From NCBI GenBank assembly GCA_052168235.1, contig JBQLZK010000003.1, positions 128,001-192,000 of the forward strand: a DNA stretch of 64,000 bases, read 5' to 3'. The notes beneath the pieces are model-generated. The model did not search any database and was not told where the DNA came from. It saw nothing but the letters and a program-made list of their open reading frames with translations. The position numbers were made by a program, and so were the translations under genes. Position 1 is the stretch's first letter; each line of letters starts with the position of its first letter. The DNA comes from Thainema sp. GTDB lineage: Bacteria; Cyanobacteriota; Cyanobacteriia; Phormidesmidales; Phormidesmidaceae. Of this stretch, positions 29,860 to 40,745 are shown piece by piece.

Positions 29860-30008
29860 GTATCCTAACAGAGCTGACTACGGTTAAATCTGCGATCGCA
29901 GCATAACAAGCTGATGATTCGCGTTCTAGTTTTGCAACGTGCAAAATGGGGGTTAAACAAAGTAGTAGTTGCTGCAAATATTGCGATTTGGATGAGTGAC
30001 CTGAAACG

Positions 30009-30323
30009 ATGACTGGACAAGAACTACATGAACTACTGCTGACCAAGTGGGGCCGATCCTTTGGCATGCAGCTCCGACGCACCCAGGGCAAAATCTTTGT
30101 GCAGGTGATGTGGAAGTACTTAGAGCAAGCTTCGTTTCCCATGACCGAAGATGAATATCTTGCTCATCTAGATGCGATCGCAGCCTATCTCAATGCCTGG
30201 GGCGGTGCCGACCAAATTCGCACCTACATCCAAGAAACCCGAGAAAGCCCCCGCCTCGGCAAGGCAGTCAGTATCCCGCTTGACTTAGGCATTCGCGAAT
30301 CGGAATGGATTCTGGATGAATAA
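30009..30323 (+). CDS. DUF3067 family protein
   Basis: LLLTKWGRS..QVMWKYLEQASFP..PRLGKAVSIPL; usual divergent neighbour of petC. Confidence 0.88.
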   Translation: MTGQELHELLLTKWGRSFGMQLRRTQGKIFVQVMWKYLEQASFPMTEDEYLAHLDAIAAYLNAWGGADQIRTYIQETRESPRLGKAVSIPLDLGIRESEWILDE

Positions 30324-30343
30324 CTCTAGAATCCTCGAAAAAC

Positions 30344-30374
30344 AATAAGAGCCGCGCCTAACGCGGCTCTTATT
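30344..30374. terminator. Bidirectional terminator
   Basis: aataagagccgcg-cctaa-cgcggctcttatt. Confidence 0.7.
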
Positions 30375-30398
30375 CGTTTAGAAAGACGGGAAAGACAG

Positions 30399-31196
30399 CT
30401 AGCGGCCAGCTAATTTGACCATGCCAGTGCCGCCAAAGTAGAGCAACAGCACCGCACCGCCGAGCAAACTTTGGGTAATCGGATCAGTGGATGGAGTTAA
30501 CACCGCACCAAGGACTGCCGCTCCCAGCAGAACAAAGCGCCACCCCTTCAGCATCTGCTCTGACGACACAATGCCCAGTAGCCCCAACAAAAGCTGAACG
30601 ATGGGAATTTGAAACGCCAATCCAGTACTGAACATGAGCAGCAGTACAAACTCAAAATAGCGATCAATTGACCAAAGCTGTTCTACCACATCAGCTCCAT
30701 AGCTGATGAAGAAATTCAATGCAGCTGGAATTAAGGCTAAATAAGCAAATCCTAAACCCACAAAAAAGAGCACGCTAGAGCCGAGTACAATCGGTGCAAT
30801 CAGACGTCGCTCTCGCCGAGTCAGTCCCGGTAAAACAAACTGAATAATTTGGTAGAGAATAAACGGGCTAGCCAAAAGTAAGCCACTGTAGGCAGCCACT
30901 TTGAGAGAGACAAAGAAAAATTCGCCGGGCGAAAGCTGCAAGAACTTGACGCCTTTGGCTGGCAGTTCCAGCAGCTCAACAATTGGGCGCACCACTGCAA
31001 AGCAACCAACCACGCATACAATCACCGCGATTAGTGAATAGAAAATGCGCCAGCGCAACTCCTCTAGATGATCAAACAACGACATTTCCACGTCGTCCGG
31101 TAGATCATCCAAATAATCTCTTTCATCGGAGTCAGATGGGTCATTTGCCTGGGACGGCTTGATTTGAGCGGTTTCCAACTCAGGGGGAGGCGTCAT
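30399..31196 (-). CDS. tatC: Twin-arginine translocase TatC
   Basis: [29 protein letters not shown]. Confidence 0.96.
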   Translation of the reverse strand: MTPPPELETAQIKPSQANDPSDSDERDYLDDLPDDVEMSLFDHLEELRWRIFYSLIAVIVCVVGCFAVVRPIVELLELPAKGVKFLQLSPGEFFFVSLKVAAYSGLLLASPFILYQIIQFVLPGLTRRERRLIAPIVLGSSVLFFVGLGFAYLALIPAALNFFISYGADVVEQLWSIDRYFEFVLLLMFSTGLAFQIPIVQLLLGLLGIVSSEQMLKGWRFVLLGAAVLGAVLTPSTDPITQSLLGGAVLLLYFGGTGMVKLAGR

Positions 31197-31308
31197 ACGC
31201 TAACGGTTGCTCTCCGGTTTAAATGAACGATGATTCTGTGTGCTTTAACCTATTGTATCGGTTGCTTCATGAATGCTCGAACCGAGACGATAACTTTAGG
31301 CTCTGGAA

Positions 31309-33573
31309 TTAGTTATTGGGTATCTCAAATGTGTTGGAATTCGTAGTCTTGCGAGCAGTGTACTGTTCCACCTTGGCCGCAATGTCTGAATTGTAGAGCC
31401 GTAGATAGTTCCAGTAGCCACCGAAGACGGAGCGCACATAATTTTTGGTTTCTGGAAACGGAATCTGCTGGGCAAATTCATCGGCATTTTTGAAATTGTC
31501 TCGCGTAATCCAGTCAGCCACGTTACCAGGGCCAGCGTTGTAGCTAGCGACAGCATAGAGCGAATTATCACCGTATTCTTGGTGGGTGTAGCTCAAATAC
31601 CAGGTTCCCAGCTTAATATTGTCAGCCGGATTCCCCAGATTGTATTCCCCAGCGCCAATGTTTTGATCAATCCAAGCTGCCGTATCGGGCATCACCTGCA
31701 TCAGCCCTTTTGCGCCTACAACCGACTCAATTTGTGTTTCAAAGCGGGATTCCTGACGGATCAACGCCGTCACCAACATGGGATTGAGATCGCGCTCGGC
31801 TGACCAGGTTTGAATCAGGTTTTGAAAAGGAAAAGGATACAAGGCTTGCCAGTAAGCATCCTGCTTCGCTAAGGTTTTGTACTGTTCAATTTCCTCTGGT
31901 TTTTCGCGCCATTCCAGGCTAGAAACCATGAAGATGCCGTCTAGGTTGTCGCCAACGCCCAGACGCATTAAACCATCGGTGAACTGCTCCGCGACCGTCG
32001 GCTCCATCGGATTCTCAAATTCGCTCTGCCAGAGTGCCCAGGCCTCCTGATCTTGTCCCAATTGGTAAAGCTCTTGCAGGGTTTCTGAACCCGCTGGTAG
32101 CAGCGCTCGCTGCATCGGCTGTTGAATTTCGGGCTTTAAGTAACGCACCGTATTAAAGTCACCGACATCCCACCCCAGATGAACGGCTGAACGCCAGGCA
32201 AAATAGGACTCAGGATAGTGGGTAATCGTATATTCAAAGGCGCGTTGGGCTTCGTCGGATTGATTCACTTCTAGCGCCCATTTACCCGCCCAAAAGGCGG
32301 CTTCTGGAGCTAGCTCATGATCTGGATTTTCGTTGGGAATCTGGGCGGCCCACTGCCAGGCCTGGAGGTACTGCCCCTGTTCTGCATGCTGGTTCGCCAT
32401 GTTCCAACGGAGTGTAGCCGCCGCTTCTGAGGAACTATACTGACTGAGAATGGATTGACGAGCTTGGGAAGCAGATTCGGCACTATCCATTTCGTCCAGG
32501 AGCAGCGACTTCTCGTACAGGGCTGCAGCGGCATCCTCTGGAAATCGTTCAATCACCTGATCAAGAACCACGATCGCAGTTTCTCGATCGACTAAAGCCG
32601 ACAGTTTGAGCAGCCCTTCAGCCGTTTCTGGATCATCCGGAAACGTCTCACTGAGATAATAGTAAGCTGCGATCGCATCGTCTCGCTGCTGTCCCAGTTG
32701 TAATCCTCTGCCCGCGCGATAGAGATTTTGAGGAGTCTCTGGTGCCCAGCGGTAAGCATCTCCAGCTTTGCCGTAGGTCAACTTTTCCCAGTAGCCAAAG
32801 CCAATCGCCTCCCAATCTTCCGGGGTCAGCTGATCGCCATAAGTTTCAACCATTTCATCCAGCAGAGTTGTAATACCTGGCAGATGCAGGCCGTGGCGAG
32901 CGACTATCCGCATCAGCGGCAGCTTATCTTCTCGCTCTTTCAATAACGCTTGAGCCATTTGCACGGTGCGGGGCGATGCTGGAAACTTCTCTATCGCCTG
33001 ATCCCAATAGCTGCGATCGCCATTTTCACCCAGTGCGTACAGCGCTTCTGCCGCCACTGGATGCTCACCATGTTCCTCCAGTAGCGTCTGCCAAGCCCGT
33101 TGTGCCTGCTCTGGCTGCCCCATCGCCTCATAGGCTTGCGCCTGCTTTAGCCTCACATAGGGTTGCAAGACTTTATAATCCGCTTCCAGCCCCTCTAGCC
33201 ACTGAATCGCACTGCCAGCCTTACCCTGCTGAATCAGGTCTGTTGCCAATAAATAGCGGGCCCGCGCCCGCTCGGCAGATTCTTTTTGCGTGGCAATCGC
33301 TTCTAGCTGTTGCGATCGCGCATCTGGCGACATCAAAGCCAGCGTCTTCACAAACGAATCAGACGGTTGACGCAATGTCAGTGAATTGGATTGTCGCGAT
33401 CCAAACCCGATTTCGGCAATGGGTTCCAAATACCGCTGGTGAAACTGACTAAAGTCAATCACACCCAACATATCCAACGTCGAAACCGCCGCTCCAGCCA
33501 GCATGGCAGTTATGCCCAGAGACATTAACACCACTTGGCGGCCTTTTGAGGGCTGAGGAGTCCGTTTAAACAT
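31309..33573 (-). CDS. Soluble lytic murein transglycosylase (Slt70-like, TPR scaffold)
   Basis: ALIRQESRF, GAKGLMQVMPDTA, ASYNAGPG, IPFPETKNYV. Confidence 0.93.
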   Translation of the reverse strand: MFKRTPQPSKGRQVVLMSLGITAMLAGAAVSTLDMLGVIDFSQFHQRYLEPIAEIGFGSRQSNSLTLRQPSDSFVKTLALMSPDARSQQLEAIATQKESAERARARYLLATDLIQQGKAGSAIQWLEGLEADYKVLQPYVRLKQAQAYEAMGQPEQAQRAWQTLLEEHGEHPVAAEALYALGENGDRSYWDQAIEKFPASPRTVQMAQALLKEREDKLPLMRIVARHGLHLPGITTLLDEMVETYGDQLTPEDWEAIGFGYWEKLTYGKAGDAYRWAPETPQNLYRAGRGLQLGQQRDDAIAAYYYLSETFPDDPETAEGLLKLSALVDRETAIVVLDQVIERFPEDAAAALYEKSLLLDEMDSAESASQARQSILSQYSSSEAAATLRWNMANQHAEQGQYLQAWQWAAQIPNENPDHELAPEAAFWAGKWALEVNQSDEAQRAFEYTITHYPESYFAWRSAVHLGWDVGDFNTVRYLKPEIQQPMQRALLPAGSETLQELYQLGQDQEAWALWQSEFENPMEPTVAEQFTDGLMRLGVGDNLDGIFMVSSLEWREKPEEIEQYKTLAKQDAYWQALYPFPFQNLIQTWSAERDLNPMLVTALIRQESRFETQIESVVGAKGLMQVMPDTAAWIDQNIGAGEYNLGNPADNIKLGTWYLSYTHQEYGDNSLYAVASYNAGPGNVADWITRDNFKNADEFAQQIPFPETKNYVRSVFGGYWNYLRLYNSDIAAKVEQYTARKTTNSNTFEIPNN

Positions 33574-34015
33574 GTCAAATCGCCTGATTTCGCAGATAGA
33601 TTAAAACAACTGTTGCCTATTTATAGCGCCATGTCCTGCGATAGAGCATCAACTGCCTGCTAAACAGAAGTGACCACTGCCGCCCCAAAACTTTAACTAG
33701 CCCTATGTTAGACAATCAAGCGAATTTCAGCTTTTGCCTTTTCCAATTCGAGCTTGGAACTTGGCCAAAGCGAGATATAGCGGGATACACGATAGTTCGC
33801 AAAAGGTAATGATTTTTCGGACTCTTCTCAGCTAGCATCCAATCTCGTTAAAAACCGAAGAGGCGATTTCGGTACAAGCGATGAGACGACTCAATCTGAA
33901 AGCGGGTTCTTTTACTTGTCAAAGACTTGCATCTTAAATGTTGTAATTGGGAGTTGTAATTTTGCGATCGCAATCCGGCAACCAAACCCTCCCTCCAGGT
34001 AGCATTTAAGACTGC

Positions 34016-34711
34016 TTATGACTGCTTTTGATCCGCACTACTCGCAGGCAAACACAACAGACCATCCCCATAGTTTTGGATAAGACCCTGCTGCCGTAGC
34101 TTACCCATCAGCCGCGTAACCGTTACACGAGTTGAACCAATGGCACTACCGATTTGAGCATGAGTCAAGGCCCAAGGTAAGCAATAACCCTGCTCACAGG
34201 GCTGACCATACTCTTCAATTAACAAGGTGAGAAAACCCAGAAGGCGATCAATCGTCCGTCGCTGACCTAATGTGCTTAACCAGAGCAGCTTGCGCTGATG
34301 CTGATAACGAAACGCATCTAAGACTTCTCGCCGGAAGTGAGGCCAGTTGTCCAAATCATGCCAATACAGCCAAATAACCGTCGTTTGATCCACGTGAGCA
34401 AAACTCTGTAGCGTAAATGGAGATTGCGCCACAATTTCAAACGGTTGCCCAGCTCCAACAAATCCAAGAAACGCCTCTTCTAGCTCTGCTCCCTCCTCTT
34501 CACCTTTAGCGATGCTGGTACTCACCTGAGCATTCCCCACCAGTCGCACGGCTCCTCGCTGTACCAAATATAAAATTCCAGGACGAGCCGGAATTCGCTC
34601 ATCTTTACTGAAGGTGCGGCAACGATAGTGCTCCTGAGCCCAGTCTAAAATTCGCTGCCAAGTCAGAAAAGGGCGGGGCGCTTCAGGTTGTGATGACGAT
34701 TCCGAATACAT
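34016..34711 (-). CDS. devH: Crp/Fnr family transcriptional regulator, DevH-like
   Basis: PFLTWQRILDWAQEHYRCRTF N-terminus; HTH LTHAQIGSAIGSTRVTVTRL. Confidence 0.75.
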   Translation of the reverse strand: MYSESSSQPEAPRPFLTWQRILDWAQEHYRCRTFSKDERIPARPGILYLVQRGAVRLVGNAQVSTSIAKGEEEGAELEEAFLGFVGAGQPFEIVAQSPFTLQSFAHVDQTTVIWLYWHDLDNWPHFRREVLDAFRYQHQRKLLWLSTLGQRRTIDRLLGFLTLLIEEYGQPCEQGYCLPWALTHAQIGSAIGSTRVTVTRLMGKLRQQGLIQNYGDGLLCLPASSADQKQS

Positions 34712-35241
34712 AATAAAATACTAAACGTTGCTGATGAACTTGCGTTGGTGGCAAACACTAGCCAGCTGTACGGATGGGAACAGAATCAAGACAATAACAG
34801 TGCAATAGCAGTTTGTTTTTTGCTAGACCAAATCAGCGAATCTATCAGTCACCGTAAGGGCGATAGAACATAGCATCACCATAAATAAATCTATACCAAA
34901 CACTTCTATATCAAACGCTAAATACGCAAATACTTTAACGCACACTGGAGAAATGGAAGAAGCCGTATTTTAAACAGCCTGGAATCCTTAATTTAGAATT
35001 CTCTATACAAATGCACAAAAAACGAATCAATTTAGAAATTAATGCGGCCCCTCCTGCCTGATTAAAATCCCCTGCAAATTATCCCTGCAAACTATTAGTG
35101 TCAGATGATACTTGGCTTAACTAGATAACATCTGAGCAAGCTTTACGCCTGATACTGCAATGCAACCGTACACCTGAAGGCGATCTGGTATGAATCTTCA
35201 TAAAACCTTTAAGAAGATTCACTGAAATCTACCGATGTTTT

Positions 35242-36333
35242 TTGTACAGGGAGGTACTGTATATTACACAACTGTCTCTCAAATTTCTGTTACTCAGAAA
35301 CCTTCAGACTGCAATAGCAAGTGGGCTGCCATCAATTGTGGTTGACCCTGCTCCGTTCGAGGCAAGTTTGCCAGAGCTGAGCTCATTGAGCAACTTGATC
35401 AGCCACCAGGATATAAAATTAGGGTCAAAAACTGGTAAAGGGTGGGAACCAATTTTTTACACCAGCCCCTTGGCATTAAAGCTCGCTGCAAAAACGAATT
35501 TAACTGTAATCCAAGTTGCAACCTTCATCACCCACCAGATGACGGATTTGCGTGATAACTGCGACACCCTGTCTTCCCTCACACCACTGTCACCTCCCTT
35601 CTGGTTACACTTTACGATCCGACAAAATGAGTCTGGGTGGATTTACTTAAACCTTACAGATTTGGGCATTGCGATCTGGTTAGAGCATCTAACCACTATT
35701 CGAGCAACCCGCCGCGATTATCATGACGGTCATCAAGCAGCAGACGGCTCACCTGTAACCAGTCATTCCGTCCCAAGCCTAACAACTGTACCGCAGAAAC
35801 TACGACCAGAAGCCTGGAGTCAGCGTTGGCCGCAAGACTGGCCAACAATTTGGGCCGCACAGTATGTTCATAATCGAACGTTTAGCCTGCTCCAGTTAGC
35901 AGACCGAGAAGGGCTGCTGCCGCTAAGAACGAATAAAACATCAAGCAATTTAGAGATTGGGGCTACTTGCTTTGGTTTCGGTGCGGAAGGCGCATGTCTG
36001 CCTCCGTCACATCGCTATCCGTGGTTCACTGAGCAGGAACAGCTGCGAATACAGCATTCAAGCGAATGGGAGCTAATTCGGTGTTTTATAACGCTAACGG
36101 ATGAGTGGCAAGAGCGTCAGGGGAGCTACACCCCACAGCAGGTTCATCGCCAACTTCATCTACTGGTTCAAAGCTTTGAACAATTTCATCGACAGTGCCA
36201 AATTTTTGGTGATGTGGCTGAGCGGACACCTGAATTAGCTCAGGCTCGGCTGGGCTTGGTGCAGATTACGCAGAGACTGATGAGGATTCTGTTGGAAGAG
36301 GGGTTGGGAGTTGAGGCGTTGATGGAGCTTTGA
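35242..36333 (+). CDS. Stand-alone DALR anticodon-binding-domain protein (ArgRS C-terminal-like); start uncertain
   Basis: YTSPLALKL, GWIYLNL, QYVHNRTFSLL, FEQFHRQCQIFG, ARLGLV..LLEEGLGVEALMEL. Confidence 0.78.
   Translation: MYREVLYITQLSLKFLLLRNLQTAIASGLPSIVVDPAPFEASLPELSSLSNLISHQDIKLGSKTGKGWEPIFYTSPLALKLAAKTNLTVIQVATFITHQMTDLRDNCDTLSSLTPLSPPFWLHFTIRQNESGWIYLNLTDLGIAIWLEHLTTIRATRRDYHDGHQAADGSPVTSHSVPSLTTVPQKLRPEAWSQRWPQDWPTIWAAQYVHNRTFSLLQLADREGLLPLRTNKTSSNLEIGATCFGFGAEGACLPPSHRYPWFTEQEQLRIQHSSEWELIRCFITLTDEWQERQGSYTPQQVHRQLHLLVQSFEQFHRQCQIFGDVAERTPELAQARLGLVQITQRLMRILLEEGLGVEALMEL
35244..35267. promoter_or_regulatory. Two overlapping GTA-N8-TAC (NtcA/DevH-type) boxes
   Basis: GTAcagggaggTAC (35244-57) and GTActgtatatTAC (35254-67), at the far side of the region upstream of devH. 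Confidence 0.4.
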
Positions 36334-36390
36334 GAGTGGGGAGGTTGGGGAGTAAGGGAGTAGGAAGTAGGGGAGTGGGGAGCAGGGGGG
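36333..36390. repeat. STRR-like G-rich short tandem repeats (GGGAGT[A/G])
   Basis: ggggagtaagggagtaggaagtagggagtggggagcagg. Confidence 0.7.
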
Positions 36391-36427
36391 CAAGAGGAGA
36401 TAGTGGTGGTCTGTTCTGCTAGGTTGG

Positions 36428-37042
36428 TTAGGTTTTCCAGGCGGTGCCTTGGTAGGTGTAGCCAATGAATTTGGGTAGGCTCTCAGCATAATCCTGCTCA
36501 ATTTCGACTCGGTCGAACTGCTGCTGCACCAAATTAGCAATGTTGCGGTTGAGATGGCAGCCATCACCAATTACTTTTTGAATTGGATTGAGCCGATTTT
36601 GCCAGGTTTGAACTGAGGTATCTTTACTTAAACCATGTTCAACAAAGCAGAAGCGGCCACCCGGTTTAAGAACGCGATAAATTTCGCTCAGCGCTTGCTG
36701 AATGTTGGGAATACTACAGAGCGTCCATGTGCTGACGGCGGTGTCAAAACTGGCCTCTGCAAATGGAAGGTTTTCACCGCTAAGAACGTGAACCTTAACA
36801 TTAATAGGAGAGGCGGCAATCCGTTTTTGCGCGATCGCAGTTGCACCGGGATTCGGATCAACGATTGTCAGCTGTTTGATCGAGTCGGGATAATAAGGCA
36901 AATTCAGCCCAGTCCCAAAGCCAATCTCTAAAACATTTCCTGAAACTTGGGAAAGGACGGCTTGCCGATATCGGGGGCAGGGTTCTCCCGACATGGCAGC
37001 ATCCAATAAGCGTGGAAAGATGAGGTTGGAGTAAATACCCAT
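36428..37042 (-). CDS. Class I SAM-dependent methyltransferase
   Basis: VLEIGFGTGLN, LPFAEASFDT, TLCSI, RVLKPGG. Confidence 0.92.
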   Translation of the reverse strand: MGIYSNLIFPRLLDAAMSGEPCPRYRQAVLSQVSGNVLEIGFGTGLNLPYYPDSIKQLTIVDPNPGATAIAQKRIAASPINVKVHVLSGENLPFAEASFDTAVSTWTLCSIPNIQQALSEIYRVLKPGGRFCFVEHGLSKDTSVQTWQNRLNPIQKVIGDGCHLNRNIANLVQQQFDRVEIEQDYAESLPKFIGYTYQGTAWKT

Positions 37043-37388
37043 GTTGTGAATCTCTCTTGGTCACGCAACGCACAATAATTCTTCCATTTTAGTTCCCGGC
37101 TAAGAGCCACCTCTTCAACTGCTACACAAGGGGGAACTGAAAAAAGTACCCGTTCCAGTGAGGGCAGCAACGGTAATGCCTTAATTTACAAGGAATTTAG
37201 CAATTTTGGATCTGCGATCGCACCCCCCAATCGGCTGTGCCACCTCAGGACAGTTGGGAAAGTCAAACCGTCACATTACTTTTGTGACAATCCTCACCGC
37301 AAGATATGGACATACCAGAGCACCGCGACTTCTCATACCTAACGAATCCGGTGCATTTGCTTTCCACAGAATCAGTTGAGGACTTGTC

Positions 37389-38690
37389 ATGAAATCTATC
37401 TTCCGTCGTTCCATCGCGGCTCTCGCTACCGTTGCTACCGCAGCAGTTGGTTTTGGTACTGTTATCTCTAGCTCGTCCGTTGCAGCTTCCTTTGGTCAAA
37501 AAGAAGTGGATCAAACTAAGTTTGCTGCGATCGCATCTCCAGTTAACAACGGCAGTTCCCATCAGCTACTGGTACTAGAGCAGATTTCCAACACCAAGAA
37601 ATGCTGGGGCGAGAGTGGCAATGCACCCACGATTGTTGATCCCCTACTGCTGAGCTTTGACTTTACGGGTATCTGCGGTCGCTCTACCGATAGCAACGGC
37701 TACTCGATTCGCGCTAATGGCCAAGATTTAGGTTTGCAGTACAGCCTGCGCGTTCAGCAGCGCAACGGCGACATGGTTCTAGTTGGTGTGCCCTTTGGTG
37801 GTCGGGGTCAAACGCTCGAAATCGCCCGCGCCAATGGCACAACCAACAACTTTGCTAAGCTCAACCTCAAAGATGGCTGGCGGTTCACCAAGCGTACCTA
37901 CGAAGGCCAAACGCTGGGTCACGTCTACCTAACCTATGAAGGTGATCTGGCGGCAACAGCCTTAAGCGGCAGCACTGGTGGAACCACAGGTGGTACAACG
38001 GGTGGCAACACGGGCAGCACAGGTGGTAACACGGGCGGCAACACAGGTGGTAATGGCGGCGTGGTCGTCAATCCCACCCCCGTTTCCTTCTCTGACATCA
38101 GTGGCGACCTCTACCAGTCTGAAATTCAGGAAGCTGTAGCGATGGGCTTTATTGCAGGCTTCTCGGAAGACAATACCTTCCGACCTCGTGCAACTCTGAC
38201 CCGTGAGCAGGTCGTTTCGATGGCGCTAGAGTCTTTGGAAAATGTGCCAAATGCTAACTTGAATCTGCCAACCAGCGTCAGCCGCGCTCCCTTCCGTGAC
38301 GTAGCCACCTCTCGCTGGAGTGCTGCCAAGATTCAGTTTGCTCAACAAGAGGGCATCGTTGCAGGCTATGGCGATGGCAACTTCCGTCCCACCCAAGCGG
38401 TTACACGCGCTGAACTGATGTCCATCATGCGCCGCACTGCTGAATATGCTCAAGAGCTGCAAAACAAGCCGACCACATTGATCTCGACTCAAGCAGCAAC
38501 CAACTTCGGCGATACGGCGGGTCACTGGTCACAGGCCACGGTCAATGAAATGTCTTCCTACTGCGGCGTTGCATCACCCATGAATGAGTCTGGCAACCGC
38601 TTCTCTCCGGATTCGGCTGCTCTGCGGAACTATGCTGCTGCTGCGACTCTGCGCATGATTGAGTGTGCAGTTGAGGAAGCTGACAGCTAG
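37389..38690 (+). CDS. DUF3747 + SLH (S-layer homology) domain protein
   Basis: Signal peptide; LEQI..CW..VDPLLLSFDFTGICGRSTDSNGYS; Gly/Thr linker; SLH motifs FRP..TREQ and GYGDGNFRP..TRAE. Confidence 0.88.
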   Translation: MKSIFRRSIAALATVATAAVGFGTVISSSSVAASFGQKEVDQTKFAAIASPVNNGSSHQLLVLEQISNTKKCWGESGNAPTIVDPLLLSFDFTGICGRSTDSNGYSIRANGQDLGLQYSLRVQQRNGDMVLVGVPFGGRGQTLEIARANGTTNNFAKLNLKDGWRFTKRTYEGQTLGHVYLTYEGDLAATALSGSTGGTTGGTTGGNTGSTGGNTGGNTGGNGGVVVNPTPVSFSDISGDLYQSEIQEAVAMGFIAGFSEDNTFRPRATLTREQVVSMALESLENVPNANLNLPTSVSRAPFRDVATSRWSAAKIQFAQQEGIVAGYGDGNFRPTQAVTRAELMSIMRRTAEYAQELQNKPTTLISTQAATNFGDTAGHWSQATVNEMSSYCGVASPMNESGNRFSPDSAALRNYAAAATLRMIECAVEEADS

Positions 38691-38700
38691 TTGAAAACCT

Positions 38701-38744
38701 GAAGGCTGGGGGGATTGCTTTACAGGGACACCTTCCCAGCCTTC
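38701..38744 (+). terminator. Hairpin downstream of the SLH gene
   Basis: gaaggctggg ... cccagccttc. Confidence 0.5.
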
Positions 38745-38986
38745 TAGTTAAGTTTCGAGTTAGACGTTTCAGTGATGCTGGCCGCAGCCGTGTGTTGTCA
38801 GCATCCTTCTTTCCCTAAATATTTGCCTCAACATTTCCCTAACCATGTGTCCTAACGTATTTTGTCTCCGCTAATTTCCAACTTTCTCCTTGGGTACAAC
38901 ACGAACATCATCACTAGACTCCCTTAACTCCCTAATGCGATCGCAACTCTGAAAAAGTGCGATCGCATTTTCTTTTCCATTTCAGA

Positions 38987-39029
38987 AAAGAGAGAGATGT
39001 CGCGACTTGGCAGCGGCATCTCTCTCTTT
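38987..39029 (-). terminator. Terminator downstream of 39044-40297
   Basis: aaagagagagatg..catctctctcttt. Confidence 0.65.
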
Positions 39030-39043
39030 CTTAATCGAAACGC

Positions 39044-40297
39044 TTATCGCAGGGCTGGGAAGTTAACGCCGATGCCAAGCAGGAGACCTACTGCTGGATC
39101 GTCAAATAGTGAAACATTCACGGCTGCAACACCTGTGAAGTTGTCGCCGAGGGGAACATCAACGCCACCTGTTGCAAGGAAGTCAACCGAACCATCGTCG
39201 CCAGTTGAAATTGCCGCACCCGCGCCAATAAAGGGAGACACCCGGAAACCAATTTCTTCCGAAACGTTTTCTGTTACCTCAGTCACGCCAGGAACAAAGT
39301 CAAACGTGACGGGCAACAAAATCGTCGGATTGTCATTAATCAGCACAGACGGGCGCACAGAGATATTTCGGGTTAGGCCAATTTTACTGAAGGCCGCAAA
39401 GCTGCCTTCCCCCAGTGCCGTTTCGCCATCACCGAGGCCAATGTTGCCGCCAATGCCGATGTAGCTTGGCCCTGAGCGGGTGGCGCGACCGGGAGAAATC
39501 GACTCTACTGCATCTTCAAAAACGTCATCGCCGTCACCATCATCCACGTCTTCATCTTCGAATAAGCCACCGTCTTCACCGTCGAGAACATCTTCATCGG
39601 GATCAGCTTCGTAGGTATCTTCCGCTTCCGGATTCGATTCGAAGACACCATCATCTTCCTCTAATGGCTCATCTTCATTCAAGACATCGTTATCGTCGTC
39701 AAAAACGCCTGGATCCTCGTCGAACAGACCATCGTCTTGGCCTAAGTTCTCGTCATCTGCCTCTTCTTCATAGGTCTCATCATTTAGGACATCGTTATTG
39801 TTATCCAAAACGCCTGGATCATCATCGAGCAGACCGTCATCATCGTCGGTATCAACTTGGGATAAATAGTTAGTTTGATCCACTGTGACATCGCTAGCTG
39901 TAACACTGCTATCGACATCTGCAAAAACAGATTCATTACTGGGCGTAGCAACCGCTGCTTGTTCAGTTGCTTGTTCAGTAGAGGTGAGCGGCGTCAACGA
40001 ATACTGAGTTGCAGGAGAAGTGGCAGACAAATTTGAGGACGTAACGGTAGACTCAGCCACTTTTGGATCGTTGGTTGGCAACAAATCTACAGCCCGAGTC
40101 GAAACGCTTTGTTTAATTTGATTATTAGCTTCTTTAAAGGAAACATTGGTTGCGATCGCAGATGCAGATTGTTCTGATCGCTTGGATGAGACGTATGACG
40201 TCAGAGTCTCTGCCTGCGCGAGTGGTGCTGCTCCGAACAGCATTGCGATCGCGCTGATGAAAACAGAGACATGTTTTAGATGGTAGTTTGATTTCAC
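39044..40297 (-). CDS. Secreted protein with Asp/Glu-rich repeats and a C-terminal outer-membrane beta-barrel-like domain
   Basis: Signal peptide (PLAQA); acidic tract; PGRATRSGPSYIGIGGNIGL...LGIGVNF; GTG 40297 with GAGG RBS preferred. Confidence 0.75.
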   Translation of the reverse strand: MKSNYHLKHVSVFISAIAMLFGAAPLAQAETLTSYVSSKRSEQSASAIATNVSFKEANNQIKQSVSTRAVDLLPTNDPKVAESTVTSSNLSATSPATQYSLTPLTSTEQATEQAAVATPSNESVFADVDSSVTASDVTVDQTNYLSQVDTDDDDGLLDDDPGVLDNNNDVLNDETYEEEADDENLGQDDGLFDEDPGVFDDDNDVLNEDEPLEEDDGVFESNPEAEDTYEADPDEDVLDGEDGGLFEDEDVDDGDGDDVFEDAVESISPGRATRSGPSYIGIGGNIGLGDGETALGEGSFAAFSKIGLTRNISVRPSVLINDNPTILLPVTFDFVPGVTEVTENVSEEIGFRVSPFIGAGAAISTGDDGSVDFLATGGVDVPLGDNFTGVAAVNVSLFDDPAVGLLLGIGVNFPALR

Positions 40298-40621
40298 TGC
40301 TATACCCTCAGCTCTAATATTTGCTGTTTCACCACAGAGACACAGGCAACCCTGATCCACATCAGAATTCGTATCAGAATGGTAATTGACTCAACATAGC
40401 TAGAGCTTAGTGAGGGTTTATAGGCAATTCCTCTATCAAAAGAAACGGGTAACGCCAGAATTTGCGAATCTTGCCAGCTTATTGCTTGTTTTGGCAAATG
40501 CTGGATAAGAATTCTTAGCAGAAGGCCAGTTCTGAGCTTGAGTAGCTTTAATCGAATTGCATTAAAAACCTGCATGTTCAAATTTAGAAAAATCCGGCAA
40601 GATAGCGAGTATCAACCTCTA

Positions 40622-40724
40622 ATATCAAATCCTTCTACAAGAACCCAATTCACTTTTTGCGAAACGCTTGCGGAGCAAGCGTTTCGCAAAAAGTGAATCA
40701 TGGTTTTTCAACCGGACTTCATAT
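40622..40724. mobile_element. Miniature palindromic element (ATATCAA.TCC...ACCGGACTTCATAT family)
   Basis: 24-bp perfect stem attcactttttgcgaaacgcttgc-gga-; termini resemble those of 8929-9205. Confidence 0.7.
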
Positions 40725-40745
40725 AATATTTGCCGATGACTGCCG

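Noticed and set aside
29666..30142. 158-aa - strand ORF
   Set aside because: Overlaps DUF3067 antisense and spans an intergenic hairpin.
37970..38060. 12-bp repeats in the SLH protein
   Set aside because: Ordinary GGNT/GGTT flexible linker.
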